Shown one piece after another: positions 5,689 through 15,284 of a stretch of DNA of 32,000 nt (position 1 is the first letter of the stretch; each line of letters opens with the position of its first letter). The notes beneath the pieces are model-generated. The model saw nothing but the letters and a program-made list of their open reading frames with translations. It searched no databases and had not been told where the DNA came from. This stretch comes from Nanopusillaceae archaeon. GTDB lineage: Archaea; Nanobdellota; Nanobdellia; Nanobdellales; Nanobdellaceae. Both the position numbers and the translations under genes were made by a program. The stretch covers positions 16,681 through 48,680 of the forward strand of contig JAWBIX010000001.1 of assembly GCA_038833255.1 (NCBI GenBank), given 5' to 3'.

Positions 5689-8406
5689 TTAAGATACTAT
5701 ACAAACAGACCATCCACAATCCATACACATTAAACATCCAGATTGATTTACTAATTTCTCACTATTACAATTTGGACATCTTTTAACATCATCAACTTCT
5801 TTTATATCTTTATCTAATTTTTTATCTAAAATCTTAATTTTTATGCTTTCTCCAGATTTTAGAGAATTGTACCAATTTGGTAATTCGATCTTTAACTCTT
5901 TCAAAATTTCAATAGTTTTATTTTCAATAATTCCACTCTCAACCATTTTTAAATATTCTTCTATTCTTTTCTTACTTGCTTCTGCACTTGTATAATAAAC
6001 TTGCTTTGTTTTGCAACCTTCTCTAAAAACAGTAATTCCTCTGCATTTTAGCTTATAAGCTAACATATAAGCTCCTAATACATCTTCCTTTGTCATCCAA
6101 TTTGGCATATTTATAGTTTTTGATATTGTATTTGTAATCCATATTTGTGCTGCTGCTTGAGCTCTAACGTGATCCCACCATGGAATATCTAAAGCTGTTA
6201 GAAAAACTCTTTTTAAATCAATAGGTATTTCCTCTATTCCCAATAAACTACCTCCATTTTCCGATATCTTTTTTAATATTTCTTCCTTATATAACCCTTT
6301 TATTTTTAGTTGTCTCTCCAATTCTACATCAATATAATAAAAACTTCCTGCAGTAACTCTTTTTTCATAAACCAAAGCATATTGTGGTTCAATTCCAGAT
6401 GATACGTCCAATAACATAGATATAGATCCTGTTGGAGCTATTGTAGTCACAGTAAGATTCCTAATTCCGTATTTCTGAATTTCTTTAGCTAAGTAATCCC
6501 AATCTAATGTCCAAATTTCCCTTTTATAATATCCATCTACAGGCATTTTTCCATTTTTATATTCAGAGTAAATATAAAGTGGAAATACTCCTCTTTCTTT
6601 TGCTCTTTCAACAGATTCCAGCATAGAATAATATGTTAACCATTCTGAAACTTTCATAATGAATTTAAATCCGTCTTCAGAAGAATAAGGTATTTCTAAA
6701 GCATACATAGCATCTGCTAAACCCATATATCCTAAGCCTATTCTTCTTGTAGCTTTTGTATTTTCTTCTACTTCCTTTACTGGATAGGTATTTACATCAA
6801 TTACATTATCTAAAAATCTATAAGCCCATTTTATAGTTTCTTTATATTCCTCCCAATCAAAATATGCTTTTCCATCCTTAAATTTAATCATTGCATATAA
6901 ATTAATAGAACCTAAATTACATGATTCAAAAGGATATAAGGGTTGTTCTCCACATGGATTTGTAGCTCTAATTGGTCCTTTATAATTATAAAGTAAATTA
7001 TTAGAGTTCATATGATCCATAAACAAACATCCCGGATCTCCCGTCTTCCATGCCATATAAGCTATTTCTTCTAAAAGATTTCTTGGATTGACATAACTTA
7101 CTATAGCTTCGGCCGGTATTTTATCTATATTAAAATTGCTATCTCCAGGAAATGCACAATTATATTTCCTTAATATTCTCGGATTTAATAAAGGATAATT
7201 TTTATTTTTTTCATAATATTCCCAAAAATCTGGAGTTATTAATACAGAAATATTAAAGTTTTCTAAAACTCCCTCTTTTTCTTTAGAATGAATAAATTTC
7301 ATTATATCTGGATGCCAAACTTCTAAAATACCCATATTTGCCCCTCTTCTCTTCCCTCCTTGTTTTACAACATCTGTGATAACATCTATTATTCTCATAA
7401 AAGAAACAGGTCCTGATGCAACTCCAGCAGTCGAAGCAACAACATCTCCTTCAGGTCTTAAGAAAGAAAAATTTACTCCTACACCGCCACCAGATTTAAA
7501 TATTAATGCCGCATTTGTAGCACATTCCATAATAGATTTCATATCATCATCTATTGGTAAAACAAAACAAGCAGATAATTGTCCTAATCTTGCTCCGGCA
7601 TTAAAAAGAGTTGGAGAATTTGGTAAAAATTTTTTTTGAACCATTAAATTATAATAATTTAAATAATTATCATAATACTTATCGAAATCTCCGTTCTCAA
7701 TTTTATTTAACAATTCCTTCCATGTAATTTTCATGTGTCCTCTTTCATTCAAATAATCATATAAATATTTCATTCTTTCTAAATGATATTTATTCCATTT
7801 TACCAAATATCCATTTTCTGTTTTTTTCAATCCTATTTTTCCTTCAAATTCTTCTGGATTAAAATCTTCTTTTGGTTTTATAGTTTGTTTCCCTTCTTTA
7901 TCATATACTTCTGGATCATACAATATATCTGGAATTACTATTAATGCTGCAACCCTTTCGAACATTTGTTTTGGTCCTTCTATCAATTTTCCATTTTCGT
8001 CTTTTAACAAGTATCTATCAACCATCAATCTTATAGCATTAACTGAAAATCTTTTTGCTACTTCTTCTTCATAAAATTTTCCCAAAAGTCTTATTTTTTC
8101 TTCTCTAATTTTTTCCTTTTCTTTTCTATATGTTATATATTTCTTAGCTACTTCATAAAGGTCAAATTTTATTAAAGAATATTCCACAATATCTTGTATT
8201 TCTTCTACTGTCGGTATTTTATCAATAAATTTTTCATCCAAAATCTTTAAAACAAATTCTGTTATTTTTTTTAATAATTCTTTATTATAGAATCCTGCAG
8301 CCAACATTGCCCTTTCTATTGCATATTCTATTCTATAAGGATCAAAATCTACAACTCTACCATCTCTCTTTATAACCTTTTTTACCCTTATGGGCGGATA
8401 AGACAT
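5689..8406 (-). CDS. nrdJ: Ribonucleotide reductase, class II (adenosylcobalamin-dependent), with N-terminal ATP-cone and C-terminal zinc ribbon
   Basis: 905 aa. ATP-cone VIKRDGRVVDFDPYRIEYAIERA. Catalytic blocks LPNSPTLFNAG, SACFVLP, GGGVGVNFS, TNPCGEQPL and SCNLGSINL. C-terminal CPNC...CLMCMDCG. Confidence 0.9.
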   Translation of the reverse strand: MSYPPIRVKKVIKRDGRVVDFDPYRIEYAIERAMLAAGFYNKELLKKITEFVLKILDEKFIDKIPTVEEIQDIVEYSLIKFDLYEVAKKYITYRKEKEKIREEKIRLLGKFYEEEVAKRFSVNAIRLMVDRYLLKDENGKLIEGPKQMFERVAALIVIPDILYDPEVYDKEGKQTIKPKEDFNPEEFEGKIGLKKTENGYLVKWNKYHLERMKYLYDYLNERGHMKITWKELLNKIENGDFDKYYDNYLNYYNLMVQKKFLPNSPTLFNAGARLGQLSACFVLPIDDDMKSIMECATNAALIFKSGGGVGVNFSFLRPEGDVVASTAGVASGPVSFMRIIDVITDVVKQGGKRRGANMGILEVWHPDIMKFIHSKEKEGVLENFNISVLITPDFWEYYEKNKNYPLLNPRILRKYNCAFPGDSNFNIDKIPAEAIVSYVNPRNLLEEIAYMAWKTGDPGCLFMDHMNSNNLLYNYKGPIRATNPCGEQPLYPFESCNLGSINLYAMIKFKDGKAYFDWEEYKETIKWAYRFLDNVIDVNTYPVKEVEENTKATRRIGLGYMGLADAMYALEIPYSSEDGFKFIMKVSEWLTYYSMLESVERAKERGVFPLYIYSEYKNGKMPVDGYYKREIWTLDWDYLAKEIQKYGIRNLTVTTIAPTGSISMLLDVSSGIEPQYALVYEKRVTAGSFYYIDVELERQLKIKGLYKEEILKKISENGGSLLGIEEIPIDLKRVFLTALDIPWWDHVRAQAAAQIWITNTISKTINMPNWMTKEDVLGAYMLAYKLKCRGITVFREGCKTKQVYYTSAEASKKRIEEYLKMVESGIIENKTIEILKELKIELPNWYNSLKSGESIKIKILDKKLDKDIKEVDDVKRCPNCNSEKLVNQSGCLMCMDCGWSVCIVS

Positions 8407-8445
8407 TATATTCTATGTATTTTTATGTTTATATTTTTACTTTTG

Positions 8446-9075
8446 CTATAAAAGTTTCTTAAATTCTATTTTTTCTCTGTCTATTTCAATTAAAAAAATG
8501 CTTCTAGCAACATTTAAAACTAAAGATTTATTTATAATTTCATCTAAACCTCCAGTTTCATGAATATGACCATGGATTACCATTGAAATTTTTGATTTTT
8601 TTAAAAAATCATATAAAATTTCACTTCCAGAGATATTTAAAGATGTTTTTGATCCTTTTGGTGGCAAATGTGAAAAGAGAATTATTTTTTTATCCTTAAA
8701 CTTTTCAAAAATTTCATATAAAAAATTTCTTATTTCATTTTCTGAGATTACAAAAAAAGGTATATCTGCTCCTCCAATCCCAGCAATTATTAAATCTTTA
8801 TATTCAAAAAACTTTTTATGAAAAATTTTTATATTATATTTCTTTTCTAATATTTCTAATATATCTGGAGTCTCATGATTTCCTGGAACAAAAAATATTT
8901 TATTTGAATCAAAATATTTAGTTAAAACATTTACAATACCTTTTCTTAATTCTCCAAAATCTGCCAAATCTCCTAAAATAAAAAGATAATTTGGATTTTC
9001 TTCCTTTATAAATTTTATTAACTTTCTAATTAATATTTGATCATTATGAATATCTGAAATTGCTAAAATTTTCAT
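8446..9075 (-). CDS. Metallophosphoesterase (calcineurin-like phosphoesterase family)
   Basis: ILAISDIHND, LGDLADFG, VPGNHE, SHLPP and HGHIHE form the canonical metallophosphoesterase motif series. Confidence 0.7.
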   Translation of the reverse strand: MKILAISDIHNDQILIRKLIKFIKEENPNYLFILGDLADFGELRKGIVNVLTKYFDSNKIFFVPGNHETPDILEILEKKYNIKIFHKKFFEYKDLIIAGIGGADIPFFVISENEIRNFLYEIFEKFKDKKIILFSHLPPKGSKTSLNISGSEILYDFLKKSKISMVIHGHIHETGGLDEIINKSLVLNVARSIFLIEIDREKIEFKKLL

Positions 9076-10010
9076 TATTTAAATATTTTGTTTTGTTTTA
9101 TAAAATTTATAATTTCTTCTTTAAGAGTTTCTGAGTCTTTATAATATGGAAGATTGTATTTTTTAGATATTTCTTCAAAAATCTTTCTTTCTTTTTCAGA
9201 AAATAAATCTGCTTTTGAAAAATATAAATAAGTTTTTGCTTTAAATAGCTTCAAAATTCTTCTTAAAACGTTTTCTTGTTCTTCAATTTTATAACCACAT
9301 GTTTCTGTAACATCAATTACAAAGACTATTATATTTGCTAGATATTTTAACGCTAATATTGCTCTTTTTTCTATTTCATTCATCTTAGTAATTTCTCTAT
9401 CTAAAATTCCCGGAACATCCAAAACTTGAATATCGGAATACGGAGTTTTTATGTATCCTATCATTATATCTTTGGTTGTAAATGGATAATTGCTTATTTC
9501 TGGCTCAGAACCAGTTAATTTTTTTAATAGAGTACTTTTTCCAACATTTGGTAATCCAGTAATAACAACTGTTGGCAAATCTTTTATTCTTGGCATGTTT
9601 CTATAAAATTCTTTAATTGCTTCTACAATATTGAAATATTTTTTGTTTCTTTTTAATAAACTAAATACTCTTCCGTAAAATTCTTTATTTAATTTTTTAA
9701 TGTCTTCTTTATTTTTATATACTTTTACTTTTAACTTGTAATCTCTATAAAATTCATTAATTTTTTTTCTTATGAAAATTAATCTTCTTTTTGCCTCAAA
9801 AACTTTTTCAATAGGAATATATAGATCTAAAAGCTCTAAATAAAATTTATTTGTATTTTTTTTCGGAAATAGATTAATTAACTCTAAAATTTTATAATCT
9901 AAATAATCTCTTAAAGAATCATACCTCCTTAAAGATTGAATTTTATAATTTTTATCTTTTATTTTTTTGATACGATTTATTGCTCCATTTAAGATATCAT
10001 CTATAATCAT
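9075..10010 (-). CDS. NOG1-family GTP-binding protein (OBG-HflX-like superfamily)
   Basis: A helical N-terminal domain is followed by G1 GLPNVGKST, G2 YPFTT, G3 DVPG and G4 SKAD. TAATG junction with the downstream phosphoesterase gene. Confidence 0.7.
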   Translation of the reverse strand: MIIDDILNGAINRIKKIKDKNYKIQSLRRYDSLRDYLDYKILELINLFPKKNTNKFYLELLDLYIPIEKVFEAKRRLIFIRKKINEFYRDYKLKVKVYKNKEDIKKLNKEFYGRVFSLLKRNKKYFNIVEAIKEFYRNMPRIKDLPTVVITGLPNVGKSTLLKKLTGSEPEISNYPFTTKDIMIGYIKTPYSDIQVLDVPGILDREITKMNEIEKRAILALKYLANIIVFVIDVTETCGYKIEEQENVLRRILKLFKAKTYLYFSKADLFSEKERKIFEEISKKYNLPYYKDSETLKEEIINFIKQNKIFK

Positions 10011-10026
10011 AAAAAAATAAAAAAAA

Positions 10027-10482
10027 TTAATCCAAATTTATTTTCTTTCCTCCAGACGGAATTCTTTCTATTTCAATCCTTAATATTCCGTTTTCGTACT
10101 TTGCTTTAATTTTATCTGTATCTGCATCCGGAGGAAGCGGAATTACTTTTCTAAAACCGGAATAATATCTCTTGCTAATATAAAATCCTTCTTCTTTTCT
10201 TTCTTCTTTAGCCTTTTTTCTGACAGATATTATTAAATGACTATCTCTTACTTCTATATCTATATCCTTTTTATCAACACCCGGCAATCCAATTTCTATT
10301 ATATATCTATCTTCATCTTCAATTAAATTATATTCTCCTAAAAATTCTGGATATCCCTCATACCAAAAATCTTTGAATCCTTTTCTAAATATATCAAACA
10401 TCCTAAATATTTGCATATCTATATAATCAAATATATCGTCTATATCCCATCTTCTTCTTTTTCTTCCAACAAACCAAACCAT
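10027..10482 (-). CDS. hsp20: Small heat shock protein, Hsp20/alpha-crystallin family
   Basis: Alpha-crystallin domain: YIIEIGLPGVDKKDIDIEV, F.R.I.LP and AKYENGILRIEI. Confidence 0.85.
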   Translation of the reverse strand: MVWFVGRKRRRWDIDDIFDYIDMQIFRMFDIFRKGFKDFWYEGYPEFLGEYNLIEDEDRYIIEIGLPGVDKKDIDIEVRDSHLIISVRKKAKEERKEEGFYISKRYYSGFRKVIPLPPDADTDKIKAKYENGILRIEIERIPSGGKKINLD

Positions 10483-10516
10483 ACTTTATAAATAATTTTT
10501 ACATTTAAAAAGTATG
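10480..10516. promoter_or_regulatory. Mirror-symmetric bidirectional promoter (hsp20 / AMMECR1) with crossed TATA boxes
   Basis: CATACTTTATAAAT-aatttttac-ATTTAAAAAGTATG: 14-nt inverted arms matching 13/14, each including the start codon of one gene. Each TATA-like box (TTTATAAA / TTTTTAAA) is centred about 25.5 nt upstream of the opposite-side ATG. Confidence 0.5.
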
Positions 10517-11110
10517 TATAGTTTAGAAGATGGAAAAATATTTGTTAAAACTGCTAGAAAAGTAATCGAAAATTATTTAAAAACTGGAAAAACTATATTT
10601 CCAGAAGAAATAAAAAAATATAGTGAAAAAAGAGGCATATTTACTACTATAAAAAAATATAAAAATAATGAACTGAGAGGATGTATCGGTTTCCCTTATC
10701 CTATATATCCTTTATGGAAAGCTTTAGTTTTATCTGCTATTTCTGCAGCTACAGAAGATCCAAGATTTGAACCTCTAAAATTAGAAGAATTAAAAGAAGT
10801 AATAATAGAAATTAACATTTTAAGTGAACCTGAATTAATTAAAGTAGATAATCCTGAAGATTATGTAAAAAATATAAAAATTGGAAGAGATGGATTAATA
10901 GTTAAATATGGAATATTTAGTGGATTATTATTACCGGAAGTTCCAGTTGAAGAAAAATGGAATGAAATTGAATTTCTTAATTATACTTGTATAAAAGCTG
11001 GTTTACCTCCAAATGCTTGGCTAACTATGCCAGTAAAAATATATAAATTTACTTCACAAATATTTAGGGAAAAATCTCCAGATGGAGAAATAGAAGAAGT
11101 AATATTATAG
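10514..11110 (+). CDS. AMMECR1 domain protein (AmmeMemoRadiSam system protein A-like)
   Basis: LRGCIGF, AISAATEDPRF and GLLLP are hallmark AMMECR1 motifs. Confidence 0.8.
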   Translation: MYSLEDGKIFVKTARKVIENYLKTGKTIFPEEIKKYSEKRGIFTTIKKYKNNELRGCIGFPYPIYPLWKALVLSAISAATEDPRFEPLKLEELKEVIIEINILSEPELIKVDNPEDYVKNIKIGRDGLIVKYGIFSGLLLPEVPVEEKWNEIEFLNYTCIKAGLPPNAWLTMPVKIYKFTSQIFREKSPDGEIEEVIL

Positions 11111-11977
11111 ATAAGATATTATAGATGCGTAACCAACTACAAAATCTTCTTCTCCAGTTTTTTCTCCAGAATTATAATATTTCAAAAGCTCTACTTTCCC
11201 ATTTTTAAGTCTAGTATATTCTATAAATACAAGTATTGGTGAATATCCACAAACTGTTCCTTTATTTTCATAAATCATTTTTAAAAATCCTTCAGAATCT
11301 AAAGAAATAATTTTTTCTATATATTTCATATCTAGCTTTCTAACATTTTCAGAAATATTTTCTTTAAAAATGTAGTAATCATAATATTTGCCATGATGCG
11401 TAAAATCTGAAGATACTAAAACAAATATTTTTCTATTAAGTTTTTTAGCTATATCATCCAAAATCTTAACAAATTTTCTTATTCTATCTAAATTTTCATC
11501 CCTAACAACTATTGGAACTATTTTAAAATTTTCCTTAAAAAAATATTGTAAAAAAGGTAATTGAACTTCTATAGAATGCTCATATAAATGGGCTAATTCA
11601 TCTTCAAAAATATCAAAAGTATTTATAAGTTCTTTACCAAATTCTTTATCCGTTTTAACAATTCCTAAAGGAGTTTCCCAATTCATACTAACTAAAAGTG
11701 AATATTCATTGCCATAACCAGTATGATTTGTTCCTATTATAACTATTGTATCAAAATCCCAATTTTCATATAATTCTTTATATAAAAATGCAGCCGCAGG
11801 ACCAGAATAAATATATCCTGCATGTGGTACTATTCCTGCAATTAATTTTTTTGTTTTCTTTATCTCTTTAGGAAAAATCTTTGGACCAAAAGGATCTAAA
11901 AAACAATTTTCAATTTCTTTTTCTAAAATATTTTTATTAAAAGAATAAAAACCTTTAGCAATTGCCTTTCGTATCAT
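11105..11977 (-). CDS. MEMO1-family protein (AmmeMemoRadiSam system protein B-like)
   Basis: GIVPHAGYIYSGPAAA, IGTNHTG, EHSIEVQLPFLQ and SSDFTHHG are Memo/dioxygenase-like metal-site motifs. ATGA overlap with the rps7 stop. Confidence 0.8.
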   Translation of the reverse strand: MIRKAIAKGFYSFNKNILEKEIENCFLDPFGPKIFPKEIKKTKKLIAGIVPHAGYIYSGPAAAFLYKELYENWDFDTIVIIGTNHTGYGNEYSLLVSMNWETPLGIVKTDKEFGKELINTFDIFEDELAHLYEHSIEVQLPFLQYFFKENFKIVPIVVRDENLDRIRKFVKILDDIAKKLNRKIFVLVSSDFTHHGKYYDYYIFKENISENVRKLDMKYIEKIISLDSEGFLKMIYENKGTVCGYSPILVFIEYTRLKNGKVELLKYYNSGEKTGEEDFVVGYASIISYL

Positions 11978-12576
11978 CTAGAAGAAGATGCCAATCTTTC
12001 TAATTCTAATTTTTTACTTATTGCAAAAGATTCTACTGAATTCTTATATGCTGCAATTATTTCTTTAGCTAAAGCTTCATACATTTTACCCTTATTTCTT
12101 GATCTATGATAGGCTCCCTGTACAATAAATCTTATTGCTAAATCTACTCTTCTTTTAGGAGAAATATCTACTGCTTTGGGATATCTAGCACCACCCATTT
12201 CTATGGTTGTTATTTCTTCTCTTGGAGCAGCATTTTCTATAGCTTTTACTAAAACTTTTATTGGATTTTGTTTAGTTTCTTTTTCTATAATTTCAAAAGC
12301 TTTTAAAACTATTTTTAAGCATTTATAATATTTCCCAGAAGCTCTATAAGATGTAAATTTATGCTTCTTTCCCATATGTCCTGGCGTCATTAATCTTCCT
12401 ATCAATCTTTCTATTATTGGTATATTAAAAGATCCAAATCTCTTTTTTTGATATCTCCCACATGTTTTTGGAACTATATATGGTTTTACATTTATTGCTT
12501 GCTTTAAACTTTCATCTTCAACATTTACATCATACTTCCACCTTCCAAAAAACATGATGTCTTTCAAATCTAGCAT
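11974..12576 (-). CDS. rps7: 30S ribosomal protein S7 (uS7)
   Basis: AIENAAPREEITTIEMGGARYPKAVDISPKRRVDLAIRFIVQGA is a conserved uS7 block. Confidence 0.9.
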   Translation of the reverse strand: MLDLKDIMFFGRWKYDVNVEDESLKQAINVKPYIVPKTCGRYQKKRFGSFNIPIIERLIGRLMTPGHMGKKHKFTSYRASGKYYKCLKIVLKAFEIIEKETKQNPIKVLVKAIENAAPREEITTIEMGGARYPKAVDISPKRRVDLAIRFIVQGAYHRSRNKGKMYEALAKEIIAAYKNSVESFAISKKLELERLASSSR

Positions 12577-12618
12577 CTACAAAAATTAATTTATAAAAAA
12601 TTTAAAAATTATTTTAGC

Positions 12619-13386
12619 CTATCTTGTAGCCTTAATTACTGTTGGCAATATTGCTAGTATAAATAAAGCTACAAAACCATATGCAAATATGTTCAATATA
12701 TTTTCTGGTATATATACCCTGAAAATTGCGCTAATTGCAACTATTACAAATAATGAATATAAGAAATACATCATATATGGTTTTAGATCTTCTGCTTTTC
12801 CTATCTTAGAAAATATTAAATCACTTACAATAACACCAAAGGACATTACAACAAATCCTAATAATAAATCTTGAAATACTGTATATTGAAGTCCTAAAAT
12901 TTGTAATGCAAAAGATATGACTGTCCATAACAAACCAATTCCTAAAACCATTTTTACTAAAACTGCAATATCTTCTCTATATCTTACTACAAACTTTTCT
13001 ACATATTCAATGAACCAGACAACAAACAAAAGACCAGCAGTTATAAAGGCTAAAGCTATTACTACGTTTACAACATATCCAACACCTTCAACTAGCAACT
13101 GCCACAATCCTCCAATTGTTGGTAACTTGGCTAATCCTAATTGCAAGAATAATAAAAATATTATTGCTCCTATAAACAATCCCATCAAATCTGAGAAATC
13201 TAATCCTACTGCTCTTAATTCTTTTCCTAAACCTGTTTTATCTAATGCTTTTTCTACTGTTCTATCAAAGATTAGATTTACTAACTTTCCAACTATAAAC
13301 GCTAATATTGCTCCTATTACTACTAAAAAAACAAACTGTGCAACCGGTTGCAAAAGAGATATATTAAATACTTCTACTTCTTCCAT
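12619..13386 (-). CDS. Polytopic membrane protein of unknown function (about 7-8 predicted TM helices; weak resemblance to 'conserved TM helix' repeat proteins)
   Basis: 255 aa, almost entirely hydrophobic segments separated by short charged loops. It has 75 nt of AT-rich upstream spacer of its own. No catalytic motif recognised. Confidence 0.6.
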   Translation of the reverse strand: MEEVEVFNISLLQPVAQFVFLVVIGAILAFIVGKLVNLIFDRTVEKALDKTGLGKELRAVGLDFSDLMGLFIGAIIFLLFLQLGLAKLPTIGGLWQLLVEGVGYVVNVVIALAFITAGLLFVVWFIEYVEKFVVRYREDIAVLVKMVLGIGLLWTVISFALQILGLQYTVFQDLLLGFVVMSFGVIVSDLIFSKIGKAEDLKPYMMYFLYSLFVIVAISAIFRVYIPENILNIFAYGFVALFILAILPTVIKATR

Positions 13387-13461
13387 TTAATATTAATTAA
13401 AATAAAATTTTTATTTTCTATGCAAATATTTTACTATAAATAAGTAAGTATTTAAAAAAGG

Positions 13462-13890
13462 TTATCTTCTAGCTTTTTCTATCTTACCTAATCTTAACAA
13501 TTCTAAAGGTTGACCATTAACTAAAACTACTTTATATCTTACTCCTGGTATAGAACCTATTGTTCTCCCTTTAGGACCTCCAATACCAACTATCAATACT
13601 TCATCGTGTTCATCAATATATTTAATAGCTTTATCTCCTGGAGCAAACGCTGTAACAATTTTTCCATTCTTTTTTAATTGAACTTTTACACATTTTATCA
13701 TTCCTGAATACGGTTGTCTCTTTTCTATTTGAACCTTTTCTAATACTATTCCAGATGCCATTGGGGCTCCTTCCAACGGATCATATTTTTCTTTTAATCT
13801 AAGTTTTCTTCTTTTCCATTCCTTTTTACTCCACCTAAACTGTTTTCTTTTTATTCTTAGCTTTTTTGCAGCAAACAAACCATTAGCCAT
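13462..13890 (-). CDS. rps12: 30S ribosomal protein S12 (uS12)
   Basis: [66 protein letters not shown] is the archaeal uS12 core. Confidence 0.95.
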   Translation of the reverse strand: MANGLFAAKKLRIKRKQFRWSKKEWKRRKLRLKEKYDPLEGAPMASGIVLEKVQIEKRQPYSGMIKCVKVQLKKNGKIVTAFAPGDKAIKYIDEHDEVLIVGIGGPKGRTIGSIPGVRYKVVLVNGQPLELLRLGKIEKARR

Positions 13891-14150
13891 TATTTTAATA
13901 TACTTACAACAGAAATTTTAAATGGCTTTTTTAATATAACTCTTAATTCTTCGTTCGTTAGATCTAACTTTTTAATTTCAATATTAGAAAGTTTAGAATA
14001 ATATTCTATATCTTCTACTATTTCTTTAGGAGTATTACTAGCTATATAAACTTTAGATATTTTGCCCAATTTTAGATATTTTAAAGTTCTCTTAGTACCT
14101 AATATTATTTTATCTTTATCATAATTTCTCAATTCATCAACTATGTTCAT
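13890..14150 (-). CDS. rpl30e: 50S ribosomal protein L30e (eL30), short form
   Basis: [44 protein letters not shown], plus the canonical position between rpoA'' and rps12. Confidence 0.8.
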   Translation of the reverse strand: MNIVDELRNYDKDKIILGTKRTLKYLKLGKISKVYIASNTPKEIVEDIEYYSKLSNIEIKKLDLTNEELRVILKKPFKISVVSILK

Positions 14151-14174
14151 TTATTTAAAATATTGAGATTAAAT

Positions 14175-15284
14175 TTATTTTTCTTTCTTTTTATAATATA
14201 CTTCGAATAATCCCGTACCTAATGTTATTATTTGGTTTATTAACAAATTATCTATTGCGGATGTAAAAGTATCCTCTGCCCCAAGAATTGCTGCAATTAT
14301 AAAGTTTTGTATAGGAATTTCAAAAGCTGCTTTAGATAGCGTACTTGTTTTTTCTGCAGTAATACCATATCTTGTTATTCCTAAAAATTCTCCATACCAT
14401 GTGAGAACATCTGCTACTAAAGAAAAATGTCTATAATCCACTCTAAGACCATAAGTTTCAAATATTTTAATCATTTCATCCAAAATTACTCTTCTAGCTG
14501 CCTCAATACCTAAAACTTTTGCTATTTCATGTATATCATTTGTATAAACTCTTCGATAATCTACTTCAGGAATTCTCATAATTTCTAAAAGATTAGATCC
14601 AACTGTATATATAACATACTCGTTTCCTTCTCTTTTTGTTATTGCTTCTTTTATTCCTTTAATTCCAGATATGTGTATTTTCTTTATATTTTCTTTTAGT
14701 ACATATAATTCTCTTGGTTTTAATCCAGATGCTGTAATTTCAATTCTATTTTTTTCTTTTTCTACTTTATATTTCTTTAATCTTTTCTTTAAAATATTAA
14801 AAACTGTTTGTGAGTCTAAATTGTATTCTTCAAGAGCATTTTCATCTAAATTTATAACTATTTTGCTACTTAATATATCGAATTCTAGACTCTTCATAAT
14901 GTCTTCAACTTTTATTTCAACAATTTTTCTAACTACTCTTTTTGCTACTTCTAAATTATCTTTGTATTCGTCTAGAAGATGTATTTTCATATATTTGTTC
15001 TTTATTCTCTTTCTAGCATCCATTATCTCCAATAATCTTGGTAAACCTAGGGCTATTTGAAATTCTCTCATACCTACATAGTGAAATGATCTTAAGATTA
15101 GTTGTGTTGTTGGTTCAGAAATAGATTGTGCTGCTACCAATCCTACAGGCTCTCCGACATCTACTAATTTTTTTAAATATACTTCTTTTAAATTTTCAAA
15201 AAATTTTTCCTTCAATTCTTTAGGTAAATCTTTACTTACTTCTTCTGCTTCTTCTTTTAGTTTTTTCGGAAGATCTATGTCCAT
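14175..15284 (-). CDS. rpoA2: DNA-directed RNA polymerase subunit A''
   Basis: [18 protein letters not shown], ...[13 protein letters not shown]...GITRYGI and SKAAFE are conserved Rpb1 C-terminal blocks. Confidence 0.9.
   Translation of the reverse strand: MDIDLPKKLKEEAEEVSKDLPKELKEKFFENLKEVYLKKLVDVGEPVGLVAAQSISEPTTQLILRSFHYVGMREFQIALGLPRLLEIMDARKRIKNKYMKIHLLDEYKDNLEVAKRVVRKIVEIKVEDIMKSLEFDILSSKIVINLDENALEEYNLDSQTVFNILKKRLKKYKVEKEKNRIEITASGLKPRELYVLKENIKKIHISGIKGIKEAITKREGNEYVIYTVGSNLLEIMRIPEVDYRRVYTNDIHEIAKVLGIEAARRVILDEMIKIFETYGLRVDYRHFSLVADVLTWYGEFLGITRYGITAEKTSTLSKAAFEIPIQNFIIAAILGAEDTFTSAIDNLLINQIITLGTGLFEVYYKKKEK

Noticed and set aside
5689-8406. Inteins in nrdJ, rpoA'' or other typical archaeal intein hosts
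   Set aside because: Protein lengths are normal. Conserved blocks are contiguous, with no HNG / C-S-T splice-junction insert detected by eye.
10483-10513. Possible match of the hsp20 upstream palindrome to a Phr-type heat-shock regulator operator
   Set aside because: Only the outer TTTA...TAAA 25-nt frame agrees with my uncertain memory of that consensus, and the internal positions do not. No Phr gene is visible here, so there is no basis for the specific claim.
12917-13390. 157-aa plus-strand ORF (and 12689-12874) antisense to the membrane protein gene
   Set aside because: This is a low-complexity Thr/Asn/Pro/Ile-rich translation, a mirror of a hydrophobic-codon-rich gene. It is a typical antisense shadow ORF; the minus-strand membrane protein has coherent TM periodicity.
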